A stretch of DNA of 64,000 bases from Tubiluchus corallicola (GCA_030141605.1 JAQGDQ010000053.1:186001-250000), one strand, 5' to 3'; counted from the first letter of the stretch, positions 25,201 to 40,200 are shown. A program made the numbers and translations. The notes: generated from the sequence alone by a model not told the origin.

Positions 25201-28200
25201 GATACTTTATAAATGTTCAGTTGCAAGTACACATAAGTAATAGCGGATCCCACCGCTGCCATGACGGCGTTCCTCGTGGGTGATAGTAATTAGTAACTTA
25301 TGCAATACGAGTATGAAGCGCACTTAACTTTGGTAACGTAGCGAGACTAATACTAAGGCTTTTGAAATGCGGAGTTGTCCTTGTGGTTTATGTGTACCTG
25401 TTTCTGAATACAAAGCTTACTAAAAGACTAATTAACATTTCAATGCTTTTATTCTACTAACAGACAATATGAGTGAATCAAGAGAAAGAGAAAAAAATAC
25501 ATTACAATAGTTAAGGATGGCCATTTCAAGAATTACAGCACGAGTTCTTGGTACCAAACAGTAACCTAATAGTAACTGCAGTTTTCACTGTCCATAAGAG
25601 TTTGTGCACAAGATATCACCAATTTGAGTAATCACTATTGAGCTCAAAAGTAAACTGTTACTTATCTCTGGAGTGAGCGCTCACTACATCAGTCCATTGG
25701 CAATCACTGGGGTACTCCATGGAAGGGATACCATCTCCAAAACATCGCATACCACGCTCGACAGTACTAGGTGCCAGTCCCTCCACACCCTGACAATAAG
25801 GGCTGGGTTGCTTATACTGTGTAGAAGGCTCAAAGTTGGTCTTTACTCCACTCAATTGCATTACAACACATTGTCCCTTAGGATAGTATTACACCATTGA
25901 CAACTGTCCAGGATTTTTCACAATAAAACACCAGTTCAGCCATTTTCAACAGATAAATTTTAAGTTTGTCCTCAAAGGTATAAACCCAACATTTTAACAG
26001 CTATCATTTTCCAGACCATTCTACACACTTCTCAATATCAAAAGCACATTTTCCTGTTACTGGAACAGTTCACTACATTCTAGGTAGTTTTATACTTTAG
26101 ACAGGTAACTGTAACACTATATAGGCTGAATGAGAAAGCAAAACACCCCTGTAATAAAATAAACAAGGCCGAAGCCAACACACTTTCAAAATGACCTGCA
26201 TAACACTGAAATTTAGGTTACCTGTGGGGCAGATATAGTTCATGGGTGCCTAGTACATTATCACAACAACAGCAATAAAAAATAAAGTAAACAATGCAGG
26301 TAGTTTCCTTATACAAAATCAAACTAAGTTAGGCCTACTCAATCGAACAAAACATTTATCATTGAACAAATTGCATAGTATAATGTACATAGGTGGTTGC
26401 TTGTAATGTGCAAGAACACGCTTTAGCCAAGGGGTGGACCTAGTCTGGTCCATCACATTCACATCCATCTTTTATGGCCTTAGTTGTAATATTGGCAACA
26501 ATAATAGATGAAGGGCTGTAAATCAAAATGTACTATTCCTCAAAGCAAAGCCAAAAGCATTTTTGTGTTAAGCTCAAATCATAGCCTTGTCCAGACCTAC
26601 TTCAATGCACTATGTGCGATAGATGAAACAAAATATTAGTAAAAAGGTACAGCGTCACTACTAACTCACACTAAGCTGCTCTCTTATAGGCATGGTTAAA
26701 TTTTCTGTTTTCTGATGATTCCTGCTTTTTAAATGTCCACACTATCAGGTTGCTTTGTGACACTAAATCAAGCCAGAACTGGACACTGAGGCAACATGAC
26801 AGAGTTGTTCTCTGCACTTTACCAATGATAGTTTAAGCCTCAGGAGGCTGGGTAGACTGTCTGACATTATGTGGAATTCGAAAAAAGAAAATTGAAATCT
26901 ACAGCTGTTCCTTTGGCTCTGTGATTGAGAAGTAGTAGAGAATATAGGCCGGGTGGTATAGCTCAGTGATAGCGCACTTGCTTCCCACCCGGGAGGTCGT
27001 GGGTTCAACTCCTGACCGAGACATACTAAAGACTTAAAAATGGTATCTCTCTTTCTTTGACCAAACACGCGGGTTTAGAGAAGTAACTTGTGGGTAATAA
27101 TAATCGGGCAACCTTGGAAATAAGTATTGAGTTACAAAAGGTGTTATCCCTGGACAATGTCTTAAAGGAAATTATCAATATAATATAACATCCGCTATGC
27201 GGAACAAGAAGGCACAGAAAGCATAAAAAGCGCCCGAGTCACTGAATGTGCTGCACCAAGTGGCAGAATATAAGTAGCAACACAATAACATCAATTAGAA
27301 ATTCGAGTCAAAGAATGGTAGACCACAGGTAAGATCAAAGTAAAAATTTCAAGCCTTTTTATGTGCTGTAGTCAGTAAGAACTAAGTTTATGCATTAGCC
27401 ATTACATGAACTGTGTGGTGACCTTGACTAAACTGTGAGACAACTGACCAGGAATGCTGTACTGTACTGTACACAGAGTACGCAAATGATTGGGTAAACT
27501 ATAGCAAGAGTTTATCTGAGAATTTTTTGCACTTTAAATTTGCAAAGTTCATGTGCCACATTTCTGACAAAGATCTCAGATACTATTAAATTTTACACCA
27601 ATGTATAATCATGACAGTGTAAATCGCATTGTGTTTGTAAGTTTGTTGTCAACAGGGTTCTAATGGCTTCTCTCGGGTTTCTTTATTATTTTAAAATAAT
27701 ATTTTGTACTTTTCTCCAATACAATTACTGCAATAATACTGTACAAACTATAAAACCGCAGGAAAGAAACAGCAATAGCTTAATCCTAAATTTATGCATG
27801 TATATAAACACTACTAAGCTGTGGTTCTTGGTTGGCTACCGTTACTAACTGGCTTGTTTGAGTTAACTAATTTCTTAAATAACTGCCAGCTACAATAGCT
27901 GAAACTTAGGATTGTGTTATTTTGTTTACATAGTTCATAGACTATGGCCTACTATATACTACTATACTATTACGATACCAAAAGTTTCTTTTCTGTTTAT
28001 AATTTTTTGATATTTTTCCTATACTCTGTGAGGAATTGGGACTTCATAAATTTTATATATGCCATGATTACCACACTGCAAGCACACAAAAAATAATGAT
28101 AAAAAATTTATACTTCAATCAGAGTACTATAATTTAATAACCCTATTAACAAAAGAAAATTTACACATGTTTAATATATTTTACCTTAATTAAAACTATG

Positions 28201-31200
28201 CTTATAATGCTGTATACATTTTTATCTAGTCTTAATTATTAAATTTATTTTCGCAATAAATGAATAGTAAATAGTAAATATTCATGCACAATAAACAGTT
28301 AAATGTAAATTTGTGCAGATCCACAAGGCTAATCTTCATATGTGATCTTTGCCTATTATTACACCTTATAAATAGGTATAGGCATCTTAATTATTGGTTG
28401 AAAACAAGTTGAATTTTTGCTTTATTAAAATAAAAAGTAGCAAACCTGATCTAGGGCTGAGATAGGCCTCAGTCATATCGACTTGTATTTTGGCAATTAA
28501 ACTTTTGCCTCTACTAGGGATAGGACCCCACAAAATTTTAGGCCTGTAGCAAAAGCCCCCCCCCCCGTTCCAGTCTGCGTAAAGAATCGCAATAAAATAA
28601 GTGCATGGGCTTCTACGATTTAGGTGGCTGCTTTTTTCCATAAGCATTTCATGACCTGTTGAAATATTTACACTTTTACTTTCGTAAACATCTGTATATA
28701 TAGTGCGATGAATAAACCATACACTTAAAAATAAGCCTGGAAACCTAACATCTCTGTGTAACACTTTAGCCAGAATAGTTGCATGCATAACAGTACACAC
28801 CACATTCTTAAATGCGAAGCAAGACGTTTTAGAAGATAGCATCGACAATGAGATCGTCATTTAGAAATGCTGGACTTAGAATTTCTCTATAGCAAAGTGC
28901 TATCTTTGAGCATGAAAGGAAGATGCATAACGATGAGAAAAATTCATCATACAACCACTGACACCAGCAAGTAAACACTACAATTATCAATGACCTTACC
29001 TGTCAAGATCAAGTTTGACATGAATATCTGACACTTCCACAATGTAGCCACAGCTGATGGCAATAACTTGGGGAATCTCACCACTAACCACTACTCTCTC
29101 TCCCACTGGCAGTCCCGTGGTTAGTTGCATGGAACATCTACATTTGAAAAACAATGAAGAGAAAATTCAGTTTAATGTCCATTATAATAAAAAGGTAACG
29201 ATTTAGCAACCATATTAAAAATACATAAAACGCCATAGCAAATACTTGTATACAAAGTTTATGTAGTGACATAATTGAAACTACGCACTGTGCAATGTTT
29301 CGATGTCTTTTGAAGGTGTATAAACAGTTGTAATCACTATATTTGTCATTCATCATCTCATTCGGAACTAAAACCATTCCACAGAATGCTTCACCAGACT
29401 TTTCACTGAAAACATAAAATCTCATCACCTACCATGGCAGCATATAACATTAGCTTGACGAAAACTTATTCTTTAAAAAAATTTAAGCGCAATACAAATG
29501 CAAAGTGCCAAGAAAACTCCTGACGCTATTCATTAGGCACTAAATTGTTTGCTTGACGTTGATGCCATGCAAATGCTGAAATTAAGCTTCAAATATTAAA
29601 GTGTGCAACTCATTTGTCATTGGTATAAATTACAATTCCTCAGAATATCAAGTAAAATTTGTCATTTCACTAAATTTACAGCAAACCTTTCATCCCCAAA
29701 GCAAAATTCAAAAACTAAAGAGGCACTTAAAAGTAGTGCTAGGTGTCATAAGAATATCTTTAAAAGTACAATAAAAATTACTAATGTGAAAGAGACAAAT
29801 AACTGAAATGAAATTGAACTGAATTGAACACAGTGTCAAGCAATGACAGAATGATAACTTAAAAAATTATCATAATATAAAGGAGTTTTTTGGTATTTTA
29901 ATTATTATGATCATCCTTATTTAGTCTGTTTTTCTAATTTTATCTCATTTTACACCCAAAAATGAAATAGCTACAAGTTTTGAAATAACAAGTCATGAAA
30001 CTAGTCTGTTTGAAAAATTCTTGCAATCGTACCCCCCAGTTGACGAGTGGCATATAGAAATGATAGCGATACTGAATAACAAAATAAGTGTTCTCTATTA
30101 AAAATTAAATGATATTTTTTACGTTTTTGTCGGTTTTTCAGTATTCCTTTGGTTTCCTCCATACTGGAAGGACCAAGCATTTCAACACTCCTTAGCATGA
30201 AAAAGATTTGTCACAACTATTATAAAGAGTTACCGTTCCCAAGCACTTTTGCACCAAACGTCAGATAGGGAACTCTTCTGCATTTCAGCCTCCATTTCAA
30301 GATGCAGCATGGTCACCCAGTGATAATAATATTCGAAATGAGCGCTTGTTAAATGTTGTACAACATTTTGCATTAGCTCTTCCACAGTCACATCTAAAAT
30401 GCTGTTGCTAGCTGACATTCTACACAGAGGAATAATTTATGAAAAACTCTTAACAAATTAAAAATCATGGAAAATAAAGTAAAATTCATCAATCTAAATG
30501 TTACAACTGGCTACAAGCATGGTTAACGAGATATTTCATGCAAAACATAATACAATAAATGAAAGTATAAAAATATTTTAAATTGTACTAATATATTGTG
30601 AGTAAGGCTGTCACATTTACACGTGTAAATGGGAATGTTAAGTTTATCTAGCTTAAATGTTTACTGATTTTTCCTTTCACTTTGCCGCTATAATGACCTA
30701 AGAATAGCTGACGAAATTGTTTTCTTCGACAAGCCAATAACCCTGAAAATGTACACTGATGATCATTTATTTTTAGTGAAATGAATTTTCATCTACTAGT
30801 AGCTAACATATTAGTGAAATGCATATGAACTTAGTTATTTAACCTGTAACTGAAGTATTAAACCAGTTAGATAACTTAGAGCATTCTAGGATGTTCATAA
30901 GCAGACTACAAGTGCTGCCCTTTTACTCATCCAAGGCAGTTAATTAATGACTACTGGCCGCCCTTCTAATCTATCCATTATGCATCTAAGAGGCGAGAGT
31001 GGCTATTTGCATAAATGGCTTCACAAGTTTCACATATGTGTTAAATACATGCAAGCTGGAACAAATACAAATACAGTATCAAAAAGAAGCAGCAGTTTAT
31101 CTATCTTCCTTAATTTTCTATTGCATATAACGAATATAAAGCTTATACTATAATATTTAGAAACAGTTACATGCTTACTATAACTGAAGCAAATTTATGT

Positions 31201-34200
31201 ATTAAGTTATCAAACAGTTAAACTTGTTTTTTGGTTCTTTTGGTTCCTCTGTCTTTTGGTTCAAGGACCAAAAGAAATAGTTCAGCTACCCGAATAGTTG
31301 TAGTAAATAATTAAACCATCTAGAGAGTGAATTCCAACTAGATCGTACAAAATAAAGGTGACATTGCATGATAAGAAGTGATGTTGCAAGAGATGGCAGT
31401 TCATACTTCTCGCCCCCATGCACGCACGTGCATACACATTAACCACCATGTAAAGATTTAGTAAGTTTAATAACTTACTTACTTTCTGTGTAAACTGCAA
31501 TTTATTAACTGCGGACATCTGCTGCAAACACGAAAGCTATTTATGGGGGGTGGAAGTATTGGCCACTCGTAGCTCTCTTTAGTTGGGTCTTCTTTGCTTT
31601 CAAAACATGATCTTTGAACTTTCTTGTTGAGATGATAAGCTAATTCATTTCGCAGTTGAATCAAACCTAAAATGAATATTCCTTAAAATGTTGAAAGCAG
31701 TTTTACAAAATGAATTAATTAAACTAATTTACATTTGCTCAGATAATAAGTAATGTGAGACGAATAATTTGTGACTTTACAGTCAACAGTGTTAATATTG
31801 CCTTTTTAAGAGTTTTTGCAAAAACAAGAAGAGCATTTTACCTTGTTTATGTGAAACTTCAGCCAACATGTGGAATGCAAAATACATACCTCTCATATTT
31901 TTTTGCACGGCAGGCACTCTGATCATAGAGGCATCTTTTAAATAAAGCAGAAGCCCCTCTCCTGGATCTTGGTGATGATCTGACATCATCATGCTGTATA
32001 ATGTCACCTACATTCGATTTGAAAAAAAATTATCAGTGAGCTAAATTTTTGCAGAATGAGCTTAGCCAAGCTAAAGTAGTCTATTACCAAATAATAAAAA
32101 TTATACTTTTACCAACTAGCTAGTCTTTCAATATAATGTGACCAATAAAAGATTGATTCTATTACATAAAAATGCTAACATAAAAATAGAGATTAACTAA
32201 TTAGTCATTCATAAACAAACCTGGCCCTTATGCTCAGCCGAGAAAGATGGTTTACCAGTTTTTAATTCTAATGGAAGTAATTTCTTTTCTATTAGCACAC
32301 TGCCTTTAGAATGTATTTTAACTTCTACAGATAAGTCGACTTTCCCTTTAACCCCATATCTGAAAAAAAAACAGTTTCAGTAGGGATATTTATGTAAATG
32401 CGCTCAGGTACATTCAGAAAAGGTAACTATAGTTATTAGGAATAAAAAACAACTGCTGTTTAAACGACTTAAGTTCAAAGATGACACGCATGAGTTACCT
32501 TGGAGACCATATGTTTTCTTCTATATCGGGTACATTGCAAACTTTAATTCCACTACAAGTATTCGGGATATCAGTGACCACAGCTGACGTACTGTTCATC
32601 ATGTAAGTTTTCGCCCAATTTAATATCTGTAAAGTAATATTTAGTTGATTTTGAGGTATATAAAACATTAGCTCACATAGGAACTATTATTTATCATCAA
32701 CTAAAATTACAATAATTATTACAGAAACTAATAAAAACAGGCAAACAGCTTACAGAACGAAAGAAAAGTAGCAAAATAAAGCAAAAGAAAACAGAAGAAA
32801 TCTAATAATGTACATATAGATTATAGCTGCTTTTTTTAGAATATTGATATGAAATATCACCATTGTTATCAAAATTTTAATGTTTATAATTTTAGTGCAC
32901 AAATTCTCTACATACACATGCTGTGAGAGTTATACTTAATAAGAAAATTTAATTTCGTAACAATTTTAATGAAAGCAACCAATGACCACTTTGAGTAGTA
33001 TGCGGAAAGCACTTTGGTGAAATAATTTATGAAGTGACGATCAGTAAATTACACCTGTTCAATGCATTCAATAAAGACTTAAATGCCAATACGCACAATA
33101 ATTCCATGTACACACAAAAAATAGTTTAAAAACTAACAAGAAAACAATGAGTTTTTACTTGTGGTATATATGCATCTATCTCCTTCAGAACTTCTTCTGA
33201 AGACAACCCAAGTTCAAAAATATCATGCAAAAACTTTGGCTGACTTATTATTGCTTCAGCCAACTTCCTTAAACCTGATCTGAAAGAAATTAAATTGAGA
33301 TATTAAGAAAAACAAGAAACTAAATTTCTGCGAGAACCACTAACAGTACAGCTAAATTTAACTCAAGACATTACATAGTACAAATTTTTCAGGACTTTTC
33401 AAGTCAAAAACGCTAATAATATCTATTTTGATATAAATGCCAAAATTCAAAATTCCTATCTGTTAATTAGTAAGTAACAGCAATCCTAACTTTACATGCA
33501 AAAAATAATTCCTTGACCTTGGTGACATAACGTAGCTTGCTGACAGTGCAGCAATTTTAATAAAAAAGCAAAGTTTAATATTTAGCTGGAAAGAGATTAA
33601 ATGCACATATCTGTTCACGATTGTGCAGCAATAATGCAATACATGTAACAACTAAGATAAATGCCATGCTAATACATGAGAACATGGCACCAATTTTTCT
33701 ACATGACGTTTTTGTTTCACATCAAATACTCAAAATGTGATAACATGAAAGGCTCACGGTGCAAAAATAAAATTTAACATTTCATTTACATCATGCATAT
33801 GTAATTTGACAGAGTTGACAAATTCAGAGTGAGAAGATACCTGCTGAAAATATGTTTTTGCAAAGCTGTTTGGAAAAGAGAATGAATAATGCTTCCTTGA
33901 ACCATAAAAACATTTGTGCCCTCCAGATCCTTAAAAGCTGATTGTAGGACAGTCCTAGTCATAAGAGAGGAGACTATTATAAACAAGACACTTAGACAAA
34001 AGTGGAAATGCCCAACCTACCATAACAAGTTAACATTATGATGTGCAAACAACTTTTATTTCACTATTTTTACAAGAAAAAGATGAAACACTAAGGCAAG
34101 TGCACAACAACCACCATGAGAGAAAATGAACAATACTGATTTGCAGTAGATCAAATGTGATCCAAGCATATGAATCAATGAAAACATAGAAATTAAAGTT

Positions 34201-37200
34201 GCACCACATCATTACGGCTGGACATTACACTTTTGCTTTAATTAGTGATACTAAACTTCATGCTCTGGAATAAAAAAAATTGTATCTATGTATCAAAATA
34301 TTAAAACAAGAGCAGACCAACCACACTAGTCTTGTGCCAAAATTCGATGCGAGATTTGTAGTTTGTAGCAAATACTTTTTAGTAGTTTTTGCACACTATC
34401 CTCTTACTATAAAACAGAAATGCATCGATAATTGCAGAAAAGAAGCACTTCCAAAAAGCTTCCTCAACATTACACATGTACTGTGCAGACTAATATTAGG
34501 GAACAGGTTATAAGTTACCAGTAAAAAACTTCAAAAATATTATTTTATTCATTATTTTAAACTAAATTTATCTCATAGAAATTAACTATGTAATACCTTC
34601 TCATACATTGTACAGTAGATACGACAGTAGTTCCAGATATCAGCTTATCTGGGTTAACTACCATTAATCCTTGATGATCATTTATCACATTGATATCGCC
34701 TGGAATCACATGTATCACATCACCTACATTGACATCTGTATTTAACCAAGAATCCTGAAAAGTTTACTTAAACTTTTATTACAATAATACAATCATATTA
34801 GATATAAAAATTCACTTTTCAAATTAATTTGTATCAAAAACTGAATGAATACAAAACGAAACAGGATATATGTGAAGTCAAGTGAAGACACAAATGTCAA
34901 GTACTTTATGTTCTAAAATAGGCAGCTGTAGTGTAGTTATAGTTAGGATTAGGTGGTGGTCTTAATTGGCGATGATAATACCAATCAACTGTGCAGAAAA
35001 TTTTATGCCAATTTTTATCTTGCCGCCACACATTTAAAATAGAGAGCAGCAAAAAGAAAGCCAAAGTAAAAACTGATTCGAAGTCTATTAACATAACTTT
35101 AAGGCCTATGTCCCACAGACCTGGACATAATACACAAGGAGAAAAAGCCTCCTCTTAAAAAATGAACATATGCTAATCAATGGTCCGTGTCACACAAATA
35201 ATTCATTTGCCATCTTGAAGATCGATGTTTTATGCTTCACAGAAATAGTCAAAAGTCTCAGCCAGGGATAAGCAACAACAACAAGTATATTCGCAGCTTT
35301 AATACACAGACTGCAAGCCGCATTTAGCCCCACCCAACTTGATGACGTGACACACAGGTTACAGCATGTAAACATAGTGAGCAACATGGAAAAATTTGGT
35401 ATAGGTAAATTTGGTCCTAGTAATTTTGGTAAAAGGAAAACTTGTTGTTAGGAATTTTTAGTAAAGCGAAATTTCAGCACAGGGAAAATGTGATACCAGT
35501 AAAATTTAATACAGTACTGGCGAAGTTTTCTCAAACATTTTTGGTTCAAGTGAATCTGGTACAAGGTAAAAGCATACCGAACAGGTTTGGTGCTACGAAA
35601 GTTTAGTATTGGAAAAGTTCAATTGGTGCTAGGAAGATCTAGTACAGAGAAAACATGGTACAAGGAAAGTTTGGTATTATGAAAATATCTTTTATAAAAC
35701 CTATAAAATGATCAGACATCTAAGATCATACTAGACATTATAAATGATCAGTCTAACTAAAAGACTTATATAAGCAATAAGGGTTTAAACAACATAAGTT
35801 AATTACCATAGATAAACAGAGAATAACAATTTAGAGGTCTGCCAAATATTGGATATTCAACCTTAATAAACATTAATGTAATAGTAGCATTTGACAGTCT
35901 CTTGTAGCAGCATATAATTTTTAATTAAAAAAATGGGAAGCCAATTACTTTGAAGCAGACAGCATTTTTATTAACTTGAATGCTCAGATCATGTTACCTA
36001 TCTAGCTGAGAAAGATTTTTTTCAGCGGTAGATTTGTATGAGTTCTTTTGGCTTGGAGAAGTTGATAAACCTGTCTGGTTCTAATCTTTCCAGGCACTGC
36101 AGGTTTACATAACTATTACTCAAGCATTGTCGTGAACTGATTCACGAGTTTGCTTTATGAACTTTAGCAACATTACAACTTTACAGCAAGTTAAGACTGC
36201 AATGAATCATTTTCTCACCTGACTGGCTTCTGATATGCATTGACCAAGGTTAACCAGTTTCAATTGATTTGAGATTTTATAGTTTGAATCTAGTAGTCAC
36301 AACATAGTGTACAGGAAAGACGGCCAATAATAAAGTGTTTAAGCCGTTAAATGAATTTGGTTTATGTTGCTACATATATTGACAAAAGCCTTTTTCACAA
36401 GCATAATGTTTCAGTACTATAATGTCTCTGTACTACTGCTAGACAAATTTTAGTTGCAGAAATCTCGTATGGCTGGAGAAAATAAAAAATAATAATAATA
36501 CACACTTAACCTTAACTCTCCCACTATATTTCAATGCATTTTCTGCCTGCATTTGAAAGCTGCTTTTGTTGCGCAACTCAGGTGAAGAAAGAGGGAAGAC
36601 AAAGCGAGATGGACACTCCCTGGTTGACTGACGCTTTGTGATCTGAACATTCTGAATAGTACCAATGGAAAAGTTGGCTTTGTGACTGTGAAATAAAATC
36701 GCATTGTTTTGCTTCCCATGTTTGCAGTTTGGAGGTAATGTAATGTTTCTGAATGTATTATTCTGAAGCAGTACCCCCACTAATTTTAGCCACGAGCTGC
36801 CACTTGCTTTATGTAGTTTGCGAGTCCCAGCCAATAGCTTTGAGGGCTTGAGGCTCCATCATTAGACATAATGATATGTACTAAAAAATGAAAACCTGTA
36901 TGAAAGATTTAATGTTTCATTAAAAGTCAAGATAATTACTGACATAATCTTTGTGCATGTGCCTTCTAAAAGCAGGCGATAAAATGAAATTACAAAACAA
37001 ATAATCAGTACAAAAATACTGGAACATAGATATACGATGTCAGCCTGAACAGTTTCACTGCGTTCACAGTACCAAGACACTTCGTGCACATTCATTAACT
37101 CATTCATAGAAATCCTCGGCTCGAGCGTATGTGCAAGGCCCCTCTTGGTGCGGGGCCCAATTTGAAGAAATCTGTCAAATAGGTTTAAAACCGGTCTTGC

Positions 37201-40200
37201 ACCCAGGTTTCAAACTCGTTGTTAGCCATGTCAGATGGTGCAGTAAGGCCGATCTCCTAGGCTAACTAATTAAACGTTCTGTGACAGGCAACTGAGAGTT
37301 TCAAAAGAAAACTGCGGTGCTGGATTAACCATCAGGCAAACAAGGCACATGCCTTCGGTTCAACCAAAACTGCAGGCCACAAAAAAATTAAAAAAATAAT
37401 GAGTCAAAATAATGATGACAAAAATTCTTTCCTTTATTTTTATGTAAATAAATATGTTGTATTTTTTATTGTAACCTATGCAACAACGAATGAACAGGAC
37501 GCTATTCATGTAGGAACATTGTCGAAAATTTTATCTTAACATGGTTGATGAATAACACCATTTTTTGTTATTAAGCATGTGTTAATTTTATTTGCTTTTT
37601 TTTGAGCTAAAAGCTCTGCTTTGATTTCCTTTAAGATCTTAATCTATCTTCGGTTTCTTTTAGAGGAATGCCTTCAACAGTTTACATTTGGCACAGTCTT
37701 CTTGCATAAAACATGTCTGATCCTAATACATCTCATGGTTGTGGGTCAACTGTAGTTGTCCAATGTATTTTCTCTGCACGTAGTCCTTTTAACCTTGCTG
37801 CTAAAGATTTGAGGGCAGAGTATGAGCTGTATGTGAAAGATTTTGAAGACTGGTTGGGCTTTCAAACTACTCTGACTGCTGATCTAAAAAAATGCCAGTT
37901 TCTGAATAGGAAGGGGTTAGAGGTAAGAAGGATTCTGCCAGGTTTTCATTAGAGAGCATTAATGAAAGCATTGACAATTTTGTGGCCAAATTGAAAATCT
38001 TATTGACTCTAATTTTACTGACATCACTCATGAAACCAATAAGAACCAAATGGTGCATGACCAAATGATAGAAGGGTTAAAGTCCAATGACATCATAGGA
38101 AAATTATTGACTGAAAAGACACTCATGCCATGATATTGCCCGAGCAAGTGAGTCTTCTGCTGCTAAGGCTGAGATTAAAATAAGTCCTTGTTCTAAGTTA
38201 AGAGGGATGAGGTTCAGCAAAATACTGTGTTATGTAAAACAATGCTAAATGAAAAAAATACTTTAAAAAAAATTTTAAGGAGCAGTTTAGAAATTAATAA
38301 TGCATAGTTTTATATAAATTAAATATTTTTTGATAAACAGTTGCTATTTAGTGCAATTTATTGTAAAAAGTGTAATAGCTACATAATTTACATAAAATGG
38401 TGCAGAGACTTTGTAGACCTACAATAAAATTAAAATTTCAAGCATAGCTTTTCTCGATTAACTTAATCTGAGGCATCGTTGTTCAATTGATAAGAATGAG
38501 AGTTAACGTTAATGAGAACTTCTGCCCATGTGTACGGTTCTCTAACTAACTTAAAACATCTAATTTAATTTCCATTTTCTAATGTATTTCTTAGTACATG
38601 TCTACTTACTGGGAGATATTTATAGTATAGTCCGAAGGTAAAATGCAAATGCAGAGTTTCGAGAACACAGTTCCCTATATACGTATATTACACAATGGTA
38701 GGTTTAGCACTTCACCGACAAGCAACAGCAATAAATCATGTCACTTAGAAGTGAGCTAATCTGACACCATGCTGGTCTCGACTAGTTCGGCTTTCATTTC
38801 AACTACTAGGTGCTTTCTAATAAAGCATCAAATACAACAAATGAAATTTCTATGTTTACATTGAGATCAAAAGCAATCCAGTAGGTGGCAGAAAAGCCTT
38901 CAATGCCATTAAAATGAATGACCTTTGTTGTTAAGTGAGGAACATACTCATTATTTCAAACATTCTTGGTTGTACTTACCTGCAGCAATAACGTAGCAAG
39001 CTTGTCATGTCTTTGGCAATGAAGTTCTATACTGTTTGACTGTCGATCAATGCTTCTAATAACAAATCTGTTAAAATCCGTTATAGGTGATGGCATCTTA
39101 TCAGCTTCATACTCGTCAAATGACTTTGGCATTGATGCTGCAATACAAAAAAAACATTTCACAAAAATTATATTCCAATTTGACTGTTATTATAAAAACA
39201 GAATACCAGTACTTTGAATTATTTAAAGGTATGGAAAAGATCATTTCAATAAGCAGGTGAAAATGTATAGTAAATGTTTGCAAATTGAACACTGTGACAC
39301 AGAATATTGTGACAAACTGATTTATTTGGAAATCTATTTAACTACATTTGTACCTGATTTAACATTAGTTTCCTCAGGAAGGCAAAAACTGGTGTCCAGC
39401 TCTGCAGCTATGTCAGCTAGATCATCACAAAGAATTGCAGATTGATAGGCATCCGGTTTTTCTACGGAAATTAATAAGGCCTGACTCGAGAGCAAGTTTT
39501 CAGAAATTGAGTTTAAATTACGGTCTGGCTCTGCCAACATCTGTTCTACAAAGCCATTGTTAACACATTCCTTATGATTAGCATCACTATAAAGTTGTAA
39601 TTTCTTTTCACAACTTACATTTCCATTTTCAACTGAATCCGACTCAGATTTTTCTGAACCTAAAACTAAGGTTCTCGCACATTCTGCAAAAATTAATCTA
39701 CCAGGTACAAGATCAGATTCAAAAGTCAGTGATTGTCTGTCTTCGTTAGTTACTGACTGACTGCTGATATGCTTAGCAAGGTTGTCTTCATAATCTAGGT
39801 GAAATTTGTTTGCATGGCCTATAGTTCCCTCATCAGTGGAGCTTGATTCCGATTCCTTAGAATATGATTCTAGTTTTTGCATACATCCTTCTAAAGCCAG
39901 TTCATCACATTGAAATGTATCCTTAAAAACCACTAGTTTAGCATCATTAAGGGTTGCTGGGTCATAGCTGATGAACTCTGTATGGCTGTCTTCAGCACAT
40001 GGCTTCACTGTCTCAGCACAATTTATTGATGCAGTTTCCCTGGTCACCAATTCAAATTTTTTTGAAGAAAGCTCTAACTTTGGTGTACAGATTTCTGAAA
40101 GGTACTCATCCTCAGCTGCCACCGAATATGTTTGTTCATCAACTATGGGCAGTACTGATGCTTTATCTTGCTCTAGTTTTGCACTAGAACTATTCACATC

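Larger units (their letters stand above)
22038..26457 (-). mobile_element. Rearranged Gmr1-like Ty3/gypsy LTR retrotransposon bounded by 297-bp inverted repeats
   Basis: Minus-strand order: 5' LTR, PBS, gag, zinc knuckle, protease, integrase (protease directly followed by integrase is the Gmr1 order); no RT or RNase H; 22038-22334 is the reverse complement of 26161-26457; both ends read TGTGATGG. Confidence 0.9.

Noticed and set aside
22038-26457. Autonomous Ginger/GIN DNA transposon
   Set aside because: It has gag, protease, a PBS and a full LTR, and the integrase is truncated, so it is a rearranged LTR retroelement.
26947-27020. Apparent tRNA gene
   Set aside because: A and B boxes are present, but the acceptor, anticodon and T stems pair poorly and the sequence runs into a SINE-like body.
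33833-33840. Possible U12-type donor in DNA2
   Set aside because: It reads GTATCTTC rather than GTATCCTT, so it is treated as a normal GT-AG intron.
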